Virus record (IMG/VR): IMGVR_UViG_3300030376_004478
Location: 1-36,655 of that record
Origin: a virus
Taxonomy: Duplodnaviria; Caudoviricetes
Reading direction: 5' to 3' (one strand)
DNA: 36,655 nucleotides
Shown: piece by piece, positions 8,228 to 15,359 of the stretch
How the letters are laid out: each line of letters starts with the position of its first letter
How positions within the stretch are numbered: the stretch's first letter is position 1
Notes under the pieces: model-generated
The model's input: the letters and a program-made list of their open reading frames with translations, nothing else
Database searches by the model: none
Told to the model about the DNA's origin: nothing
Translations under genes and position numbers: made by a program

Positions 8228-8520
8228 GAAAGATAACTCAAGAGGCTTGCTCTGCTTTTGAAAACGGATGGAACTTCAAAAAAAGCAATACCGAAGTGAT
8301 AAGATATAATTCTCTAAATGTAGATATGAGATTATTCGGTAATTTGATAGCATACAGTGACTCAAGTGGGACATATATTTCAAATGGTGGCGTACCAATG
8401 ACAAACACAACAAAAGAAAGATTAAACGGCTTAACGGGCGTTAACATCTATCAAACGAACTTTCAAGTATTTTTGAATAATGAGGCTTGGAATGGCGATT
8501 GGATAAAAATAGGCGACTAA
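8224..8520 (+). CDS. Hypothetical phage protein
   Basis: GGAGG SD, ATGA overlap; L.GNLIA...TTKERLNGL pattern. Confidence 0.7.
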   Translation: MRKITQEACSAFENGWNFKKSNTEVIRYNSLNVDMRLFGNLIAYSDSSGTYISNGGVPMTNTTKERLNGLTGVNIYQTNFQVFLNNEAWNGDWIKIGD

Positions 8521-8530
8521 TACCAAATAG

Positions 8531-8560
8531 GGAGGGGGTTCGCCCCCTTTCTATTTTTTT
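8531..8560 (+). terminator. GC hairpin with TTCG loop plus T-run
   Basis: AGGGGG-TTCG-CCCCCT...TTTTTTT. Confidence 0.8.
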
Positions 8561-8575
8561 GTAGTTTTTAGACTT

Positions 8576-8603
8576 CAAAGACAACCATATGGTAGTACCT
8601 TTG
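8576..8603. repeat. Palindromic boundary element 4: CAAAGACAACCATATGGTAGTACCTTTG
   Basis: Direct reading. Confidence 0.9.
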
Positions 8604-8656
8604 GGATACCCTACTATTCCTAAGTGGGTTTAATATTAATGTAGGATTGTGAATAT

Positions 8657-8926
8657 ATGATAGAAAAACCTGAAACATACGGATTGCCTGATGAACTATG
8701 GGATGTATTGTCCGATGAAGTGAAAAAGATGCACATTGATGCTCATGAAAAAACCAAAGACCGACTCAAACATGACATCATGAATGACTTCCACGTAACT
8801 GAACATGATTGGGATTCAATGCGACCAAGCATAAAAAAAGTAATTCAACATCTATATCAAGAAACGTTGGATTTGGACGCAAAAATAACAGAATTCCAAG
8901 ATTGGTATGAAAGTGTCCCCATCTGA
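8657..8926 (+). CDS. Hypothetical protein with an internal two-fold repeat (YGLPDELWDVL / FHVTEHDWDSM)
   Basis: Single-gene unit between elements 4 and 5. Confidence 0.7.
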   Translation: MIEKPETYGLPDELWDVLSDEVKKMHIDAHEKTKDRLKHDIMNDFHVTEHDWDSMRPSIKKVIQHLYQETLDLDAKITEFQDWYESVPI

Positions 8927-8934
8927 AAAGGTGG

Positions 8935-8954
8935 GGCCTTTCGGCCTTTTTTTT
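8935..8954 (+). terminator. GGCC-TTTC-GGCC hairpin plus T8
   Basis: Directly after stop 8926. Confidence 0.7.
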
Positions 8955-8966
8955 AGGTTACTAACA

Positions 8967-8993
8967 CAAAGTAGAACCATATGGTTTGCTTTG
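8967..8993. repeat. Palindromic boundary element 5: CAAAGTAGAACCATATGGTTTGCTTTG
   Basis: Lies between two convergent genes. Confidence 0.9.
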
Positions 8994-9031
8994 CGGATAT
9001 ACCCTAAAAAAAAGAATTGGGGGGAGGCCGC

Positions 9032-9817
9032 TTATGCGACCCCCCCTCTGAATACCTCCGCTAAAACCCCAATATAGTCGGTTTTGTATTCCATATGACC
9101 AGCATCACCTTGATTATGGCTATACCACTCTTGATTAGCAGTAAAGAATACGGTTTTGTAAGGCTCTTCATCACCGTATTCGGAACCATCTCTAACCCGA
9201 ATACAGTAGAAAATATCAGGATATTCAGCATGACCTAAGCCATCATGGTCAGGATTCAACCAAAATTTGACGAATTCCAATTCTGATTTACCTGCCATCT
9301 CTTGGTAAAACTTGAGTAATTGGAATACCTTATGTTGACCGAAATGATAGCCATACCAGTATTCATCAAGGCCAAAAGAGGATATCATGCAATCCTCACC
9401 CTGTTCTTTTACTGCTTGTAGGCATCTTTCAAGGTTATCAAGAAGCCATTGTTCATTATCGCCAAAAAATTCAGGGTTACTATACTGAGATACCTTCCTT
9501 GTATTGTCCCAATGGTGGTATTCAGTGACTATTCCACCGCTTCTCTTTTGCCACCATTGCTTTTCTTGATATCCACACTCTCCACATCTGAAGATTAGTC
9601 TGCTTTTGTGTCCAATCATGAAGTTTCTATGGTGTTCATATGAAAGATAGGCCACTTCTGGAGCCTCTTCTTCACTATCATAGTGAGTTCGGCACTTGTA
9701 GCAAGCAACCGCATCATGTTGCTCAAAAAGCCCTTCAATCGAATAATTTTCAAGATTAAACTTATAGTCATCTATCGCTTCTCCTTCCCAAAATACATCT
9801 TTTTCCTTTTGTATCAT
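9032..9817 (-). CDS. Acidic Zn-ribbon protein (CYKC...CGEC) in inverted orientation
   Basis: Start moved to ATG 9817 because the longer ORF runs into element 6. Confidence 0.75.
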   Translation of the reverse strand: MIQKEKDVFWEGEAIDDYKFNLENYSIEGLFEQHDAVACYKCRTHYDSEEEAPEVAYLSYEHHRNFMIGHKSRLIFRCGECGYQEKQWWQKRSGGIVTEYHHWDNTRKVSQYSNPEFFGDNEQWLLDNLERCLQAVKEQGEDCMISSFGLDEYWYGYHFGQHKVFQLLKFYQEMAGKSELEFVKFWLNPDHDGLGHAEYPDIFYCIRVRDGSEYGDEEPYKTVFFTANQEWYSHNQGDAGHMEYKTDYIGVLAEVFRGGVA

Positions 9818-9854
9818 GTTAATATCTCCTTTGAATAGGTATAAATTAGGTAAG

Positions 9855-9881
9855 CAAAGCAACCATATGGTAGTATCTTTG
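9855..9881. repeat. Palindromic boundary element 6: CAAAGCAACCATATGGTAGTATCTTTG
   Basis: Lies between divergent genes. Confidence 0.9.
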
Positions 9882-9929
9882 GGCTAGCCAGATATACCTA
9901 AGTATATCAATTATTAACAGTGATTAAAA

Positions 9930-10133
9930 ATGAATAATGAAATGTTTACACATATACATCATGTCTTGAGAAGTTGCATATGCGCTTTACAGTGGCATGA
10001 AGAACAAAGAAGAGGGATAGATAAGGACAATACTGTTTGGCTGAATGCAGTCCAATGCATCAGCATTTATGGTGGAGAACTACAAGAAATAACAAATGAA
10101 TGGAGAAAAAAGGAAATGAAGGAGGAAGAATGA
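9930..10133 (+). CDS. Small hypothetical protein
   Basis: 67-aa ORF, first gene of the unit. Confidence 0.6.
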   Translation: MNNEMFTHIHHVLRSCICALQWHEEQRRGIDKDNTVWLNAVQCISIYGGELQEITNEWRKKEMKEEE

Positions 10134-10373
10134 ATGCCAAAACAAGTAATTGATGAAGAAGGCCAAGTAATATGGCAAGGAAAGAATACCAGAGATTTTG
10201 AATTAGAAGAAGACCACAAACTTGAGGTTGTATGGGTTGACCGTGAATCAAGAGGTAGTAAAGAACCAGTATGGACTTTGACAACCTTCAAATCTGTATT
10301 CTGCCAAGAAATGCAAGCCAAAAGAGAAATGGCCGAAATGAAAGCGCAAGCAGCAAAGGAGGAGAAGAAATGA
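10134..10373 (+). CDS. Small hypothetical protein
   Basis: GGAGG SD; abuts previous stop. Confidence 0.65.
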   Translation: MPKQVIDEEGQVIWQGKNTRDFELEEDHKLEVVWVDRESRGSKEPVWTLTTFKSVFCQEMQAKREMAEMKAQAAKEEKK

Positions 10374-10480
10374 AAAACAATATTAAAGAATATAAACAAA
10401 AATGCATGGTATGTGGAATTTATCAGAAGAGAGAAGATATTTTCTTCATGGGATGTAAAGATTGCACCACGATTTTGTGA
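10370..10480 (+). CDS. 36-aa Zn-finger microprotein (CMVC...CKDC)
   Basis: GGAGG SD, ATGA overlap. Confidence 0.6.
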   Translation: MKNNIKEYKQKCMVCGIYQKREDIFFMGCKDCTTIL

Positions 10481-10487
10481 ACCAAAT

Positions 10488-10530
10488 CCCAGTTGGGCTT
10501 CGGCCCACTGGGGTTTTTTATTTTTTTTAT
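10488..10530 (+). terminator. CCCAGTTGGGC-TTCG-GCCCACTGGG hairpin plus T-runs
   Basis: cUUCGg tetraloop stem. Confidence 0.85.
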
Positions 10531-10544
10531 GTCACTGGGCTATT

Positions 10545-10572
10545 CAAAGTAACACCATATGGTAGGGCTTTG
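10545..10572. repeat. Palindromic boundary element 7: CAAAGTAACACCATATGGTAGGGCTTTG
   Basis: Direct reading. Confidence 0.9.
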
Positions 10573-10652
10573 TCTACTCGATATATTACTAAACCAATCA
10601 AATACTACTGTTCCGGCAAGGAATGTGAGTATTAACTCAAGGAGATATTAAA

Positions 10653-11147
10653 ATGGATAGAGCAAAATATACAATGAAAACTAACGAAATTCTAAGTTGG
10701 CTAGATGTCAATGATGCAGGGGCAATGGACTCTGTAATACGAACTAACATAAAAGCAGGTATGGATTCAGAAGATGAGAATCTTGACCGTTTTTGGGCAG
10801 CCGTGAGAGCCGTTTGTGGTACTCTCCCAGTCAGTCCTATTCGACACGGCCAACCATCTTCCTTACCACCAGAAACACAAGCGAGTGTCGACAATGTAGT
10901 GAACCGAGTAACAGATGCGTTTGCATCTCTTGGTGACTATGAACTTATGCTAGAGGTTATTTTGCCTCATGGTAAAACTGGAGGAGCCTATGATGATATG
11001 GGTTCCCTTGCTGCTGACTTCGGAAAGAAAGTGGAAAGGACTTTGAAGACCGCACTCAAGGAAAACCGTTGGAGTGGAAAACTCAACAAAAACGGATTAA
11101 CTGGCATGACTCCCCCACCAGTCAAAGAAAAGGAGGAGACTCAATAA
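10653..11147 (+). CDS. Paralog B of the three-member unknown family
   Basis: WLDVNDAGAMDSVIRTNI, SPIR and HGKTGG motifs. Confidence 0.85.
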   Translation: MDRAKYTMKTNEILSWLDVNDAGAMDSVIRTNIKAGMDSEDENLDRFWAAVRAVCGTLPVSPIRHGQPSSLPPETQASVDNVVNRVTDAFASLGDYELMLEVILPHGKTGGAYDDMGSLAADFGKKVERTLKTALKENRWSGKLNKNGLTGMTPPPVKEKEETQ

Positions 11148-11167
11148 TCATGTTTCTTGCCGGAACA

Positions 11168-11212
11168 CCTCACGATTTGCATTTATTTGTGAATCGTGAG
11201 GATTATTTTTTT
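11168..11212 (+). terminator. CCTCACGATT...AATCGTGAGG hairpin plus T-run
   Basis: 10-bp perfect stem. Confidence 0.75.
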
Positions 11213-11269
11213 GAGATATTAGTCGACAAAGCACGACTAACACCAAGTCGCTAATTAAATCATCCTCTG

Positions 11270-11700
11270 TAATTCTAACTGAATATTCAATAATCAATAA
11301 AAGACTAGAAACATTAGATGGTTTTCAATTGGACTTTATGTTTCATATATTATAATATATGTCTCCTCAGAGAAGTTTCTAACATTATTCTAACGCCGAC
11401 TAGAATAATATCGGGAGGGGGGGTGTAGAGCAGTAGGCTCTTTTTATAATAATATTATATATTATTCTAATATTCTTATTATTCTAATAATAATAAGAAG
11501 ATATATCGGAGGGAGAGAGGTTGCCTATGGGGAGGGTAGAGAGATAGATAGAGAGAGATACCCATTAGAATAATAAGAATAATCAGAAAGATGGCGCAGT
11601 TGCCCGTTTTTGCATTAGAATAACCCTAGAATAAAAACTAGAATAATAGGCAAAGTTGGTGCGAGAGTTATTTTGGGGCGAAGTTGATTTATGGTGTAAA
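11270..11700. other. Candidate replication origin: TAGAATAA/TTATTCTA repeats, AT-rich tracts, purine/G-rich strings
   Basis: 18-bp inverted repeat 11471-11488/11564-11581 around a purine tract; no credible ORF. Confidence 0.5.
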
Positions 11701-11739
11701 TTGGGGTAGTTTAAATATATTTGATTATTTAACAGGAAT

Positions 11740-12192
11740 ATGGAAGATGATAAGTGGGAAAACTTAGTTTTAGATGTAGAAGAATATCTTGATTCGGGGG
11801 CAATCGATGGGCCTTTGAAGAAAGTCATAGAATTGAATTTGAGTGTCGGTAAGGATAATCCAACAGAAAGAGTTGCGGCTTCAAACGCATTGAAGGCTTT
11901 GTTAAGAGGTAGAGATGGAACTCCGTTCAAACAAGGAGGAAGTTCGGGACTTCCAGCAAAGGTAAGAATATCCATTGATGCTATCTGTAAAGAACTAGAA
12001 GAAAAAAGTATTGAGTATTTTAACTCGATGCCATTTGCTAAATTTATACTTTTGAAACATGGTAGGTCTGGTGGAGGACAATATGAAAGTGCAGAGGAAT
12101 ATGCAGAAGTTGTTTCCAAAAAGGCTAGAAAAATACTTAGTGGAATGTTCAAGGATGATAGTTGGGATGGACTGACTACTTCACTTGTATAG
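11740..12192 (+). CDS. Paralog C (divergent) of the three-member unknown family
   Basis: YLDSGA, VIELNL, ILLKHGRSGGGQYESAEEY and WDG align with paralogs A and B. Confidence 0.75.
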   Translation: MEDDKWENLVLDVEEYLDSGAIDGPLKKVIELNLSVGKDNPTERVAASNALKALLRGRDGTPFKQGGSSGLPAKVRISIDAICKELEEKSIEYFNSMPFAKFILLKHGRSGGGQYESAEEYAEVVSKKARKILSGMFKDDSWDGLTTSLV

Positions 12193-12219
12193 AGTTATTC
12201 ATAATATTTCTTTGTATGA

Positions 12220-12420
12220 AAGGGGTGCGGGTGAGGGGGTCGCCTCTTTATAAGTAAGTCCGCCCGATATTTCTGGCCCCGAACCCAAGGTTGGGCCTTC
12301 CCCATTTTGTTGAATCATGACACGATTTGACAGAATACCCTAATACTCATGGGGGGAACAGGCGAATGTCTATACTTAATCGAAAATTATCTCCTTTCGA
12401 TTGTGCCTGTTCTCCCCCTA
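12220..12420. ncRNA. GC-rich structured intergenic region (possible ncRNA)
   Basis: Stems GGAACAGGC/GCCTGTTCT, AATCGAAA/TTTCGATT, CCCAA/TTGGG. Confidence 0.35.
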
Positions 12421-12467
12421 TCCTATATCCTATTCCCAAGTGGAAAAATAAAACATGAGGCATAAAT

Positions 12468-12665
12468 ATGAAAAATAAAACGAATGAACAAGTAATAGGT
12501 TCGCTTAGTTTAGTTAGCCATCAAATTGAGATGGGCTATTTAGGCGTAGGCTCCCCTGATAAACAACCCTGTATGGATGTAATAAATGAAGCAATTAGGC
12601 GAATAACATACATGCATATCAAAGGCATAGAAAATGAAGACATAACTGAAAGGTTAGGGTATTAA
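12468..12665 (+). CDS. Small hypothetical protein
   Basis: GAGG SD. Confidence 0.6.
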   Translation: MKNKTNEQVIGSLSLVSHQIEMGYLGVGSPDKQPCMDVINEAIRRITYMHIKGIENEDITERLGY

Positions 12666-12672
12666 GGCAGGG

Positions 12673-14106
12673 ATGAATATGAATGGAACAAACGAACAAA
12701 AAGAAATATGGAACGAAATGGAAAATGGTGACGGCCATCTAGTAATCTTTGCTGGTGCTGGTTGTGGAAAAACCTATACTATTGTAGAAGGGTCAAAACT
12801 TCTTGATGGTAAAATGGCTTTTCTTGCTTTTAACAAATCAATAGCAACCGAGTTAGCAGAGAGACTTCCAGATAATGTAGAAGCAAAAACCTTTCACGCA
12901 TTGGGTTTTGCTGCTCTTAGAAATTCTGGAATTAGAACAAAAGTCAACAATTTCAAAGTAAAGAATATCTGTGATGAACTTCTTGGAAAAGATTTCAATG
13001 CAGCAGCAGTTAGGAAACTTGTAAGTTTAGTCAAAGGTTCAAGAATTGACCCTACTAATAAAGGTGAGATTTATTCTTTGATTGATTCTTATGATATCAA
13101 CTTTGGTTCTGATAGAGAAGAAAGCATTAGTGTAGAATCAATTCCAACGATTCTTGAAATGTGCAAAAACCGAACACATGAAATCGATTTTGATGACATG
13201 ATTTGGCTTCCTTTAGAATTGAATATTCCTTTCCCTACATTTGATACAGTTTTCGTCGATGAAGCACAAGACTTCAATGAGATGCAAAGAGAAATGATTC
13301 TAAAATGTGTTAACGGTGGTCGATGTATTGTAGTTGGCGACCCAAACCAAGCAATCTATGGATTCAGAGGTGCAGATTCAAATTCAATGGAAATATTCTG
13401 TAACGAATTAGAAAAATCATCAAGAGGATTGAAGAGATTTCCTTTGAGTCTTTCTTGGAGATGTCCGGTAAATGTTGTAAAAGAAGCAAACCGATACGTC
13501 AAAGAATTCTATGCAAACACTGATGCAGAAAATGGAACAGTAATTGAGAATGCTCCGTTTTCTCCAGTAGCAGGAGACATGGTTCTTTGTAGATATAATG
13601 CTCCTTTGGTTAGTGCATTTTACGATTTAATTCTTGCAGGAAAGTCAGCCTACGTTCTTGGTAGGGACATGACAAAAGGTTTAATTAACGGAGTCAAGAA
13701 AATCACGAAAAATATGAGTATGGGTTCCGATGAGTTCCTTGAACTTTTAATGGAAGATTTCCGATACAACTACAACAGATTGGTTGCTTTAGAAAAAGAT
13801 AATCAAGCAAACAATCTTGAAGACAGAGTTAACTGTTTGAAAATCTTTACTACAAAAGCAACAACAGTCGGTGGAATTATTAGTGAAATCGAGCGTGTAT
13901 TTGATGGTAATGATAATGGTGAAATTATGTTGTCAACAGTTCATAAGGCAAAAGGTTTGGAATCAAACAATGTCTATGTATTGGCAACAGAAAGAATGCC
14001 ACATCCAAAAGCAACTAATCCTAAAGAGGAGAGAAACATTTGCTACGTTGCGATAACAAGAGCCAAAAAGAATTTATTCTATTGTGGCCCACGTCCAAAA
14101 AACTGA
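12673..14106 (+). CDS. UvrD/Rep-family SF1 helicase
   Basis: AGAGCGKT, VDEAQD, VGDPNQAIYGFRGAD, STVHKAKGLE, YVAITRAK. Confidence 0.93.
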   Translation: MNMNGTNEQKEIWNEMENGDGHLVIFAGAGCGKTYTIVEGSKLLDGKMAFLAFNKSIATELAERLPDNVEAKTFHALGFAALRNSGIRTKVNNFKVKNICDELLGKDFNAAAVRKLVSLVKGSRIDPTNKGEIYSLIDSYDINFGSDREESISVESIPTILEMCKNRTHEIDFDDMIWLPLELNIPFPTFDTVFVDEAQDFNEMQREMILKCVNGGRCIVVGDPNQAIYGFRGADSNSMEIFCNELEKSSRGLKRFPLSLSWRCPVNVVKEANRYVKEFYANTDAENGTVIENAPFSPVAGDMVLCRYNAPLVSAFYDLILAGKSAYVLGRDMTKGLINGVKKITKNMSMGSDEFLELLMEDFRYNYNRLVALEKDNQANNLEDRVNCLKIFTTKATTVGGIISEIERVFDGNDNGEIMLSTVHKAKGLESNNVYVLATERMPHPKATNPKEERNICYVAITRAKKNLFYCGPRPKN

Positions 14107-14115
14107 GGAATAAAA

Positions 14116-14451
14116 ATGAGTTTTGAAAAAGAATGGAATAAATTAGCGAAGAGAATATTCACTAATGCCGTAAATCATGGATTTTGGCAGGGTGGAAAAG
14201 ATGGAAGAAATGATGGTGAAGCAATGGCTTTGATTCATTCTGAAATTAGTGAAGCACTTGAAGCAATGAGAAGCGACAATCCTACATCTTCTAAAATATT
14301 AGAATTTAGTAGTGTAGAAGAAGAACTTGCCGATGCAGTAATTCGAATAATGGATTACTGTTTCGGTAAGGACTTAGATATTGCTGGAGCAATTCTAGCA
14401 AAAATAGAATATAATTATAGCCGTGATTATATGCATGGCAAAACATTTTGA
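14116..14451 (+). CDS. MazG-like all-alpha NTP pyrophosphohydrolase
   Basis: IHSEISEALEA and EEELADAVIRI motifs. Confidence 0.85.
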   Translation: MSFEKEWNKLAKRIFTNAVNHGFWQGGKDGRNDGEAMALIHSEISEALEAMRSDNPTSSKILEFSSVEEELADAVIRIMDYCFGKDLDIAGAILAKIEYNYSRDYMHGKTF

Positions 14452-14460
14452 GGTAATAAT

Positions 14461-14688
14461 ATGAATGAATATGATGAGTTTTGGCAAAATATCAAAGTTG
14501 ATATTTTGAATACACAAACAAAAGAAGAGATGGTTGAATATGTTAAAACCATTATAGGAGAAATTCTTTTCTCCTGTTTGGAAGATACTTTAGGTAATTT
14601 CCAAGAATCCGAAGCAGGTAAATATGTTTTGGAAAGTGATTGGTATTCATATGTCTCCCTTCAAAGAAAATTGATGGAGATGGCTTGA
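14461..14688 (+). CDS. Hypothetical protein
   Basis: GAGGT SD. Confidence 0.65.
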   Translation: MNEYDEFWQNIKVDILNTQTKEEMVEYVKTIIGEILFSCLEDTLGNFQESEAGKYVLESDWYSYVSLQRKLMEMA

Positions 14689-14814
14689 TAGTCACTGAAT
14701 GCCTCATGTGACATGGGTTTTGAAAATAATAAATGCAGAACTACCCCATCCAAATCAAGGTTTGAAAGAACCTGCATTTTCCCAGTCAGTGAGGATAATA
14801 AAAGAGGTAATAGT

Positions 14815-15108
14815 ATGATATGTAATGAATGTGATAATAAAGGATATACGCTAGAATGGAATGCATCTTTTGATGGAAACATCAAAGTTAGATGTTATTC
14901 TTGTTTAGCAAACGAACAACATAAGAATGATGTAGCAAAAAAATTGGCTAAACTCTTTATGGAGTCAAGCCCACAAAAGAATGCCTATTTTTTGGCAGAT
15001 ATTTTGGTAACTGCTAGTATTAACAAAGATGAATTAGAGAACATTGAAAGTTTCATCGAGAGCAAAAGTAAAGATGCTCTTTATGTTCTATTGAACCATG
15101 TGGTGTAA
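14815..15108 (+). CDS. Zn-finger protein (CNEC...CYSC)
   Basis: Start moved to ATG 14815 with GAGGT SD. Confidence 0.65.
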   Translation: MICNECDNKGYTLEWNASFDGNIKVRCYSCLANEQHKNDVAKKLAKLFMESSPQKNAYFLADILVTASINKDELENIESFIESKSKDALYVLLNHVV

Positions 15109-15110
15109 AA

Positions 15111-15359
15111 ATGAGACAAGTAGAATTTAGAATAATAAACAGTGAAGAATTACCTCCTATGGTAATTTCTATGAATGAAATGGATGAGCCTAAAGTTGTG
15201 ATTAATATGTATCACAAAATTTGGCTTTTCTACCATCGAAAAACGATAGGTGGAGTTATTGACACTTACCCAAGTAAGATTGATGAACTTCTATCTAAGT
15301 ATTTAGATGAACAAAGACAATTTGAAATTGAAGATAGAGAGATGATGAATGATGGTTAA
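15111..15359 (+). CDS. Hypothetical protein
   Basis: ORF in operon. Confidence 0.65.
   Translation: MRQVEFRIINSEELPPMVISMNEMDEPKVVINMYHKIWLFYHRKTIGGVIDTYPSKIDELLSKYLDEQRQFEIEDREMMNDG

Noticed and set aside
9818-9862. N-terminal extensions of ORFs 9032..9862 and 7363..7578
   Set aside because: They run through the palindrome/promoter; downstream ATGs fit the conserved spacing better.
6311-10572. CRISPR array interpretation of the seven palindromes
   Set aside because: Intervals are 0.3-1.2 kb, irregular and gene-containing; repeats vary in length; no cas genes seen.
11069-11254. 61-aa plus-strand ORF
   Set aside because: Out-of-frame overlap with paralog B, running through its stem arm and terminator.
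12220-12420. tRNA gene
   Set aside because: No T-loop GTTCRA or cloverleaf spacing found by eye here or at 31634-31748.
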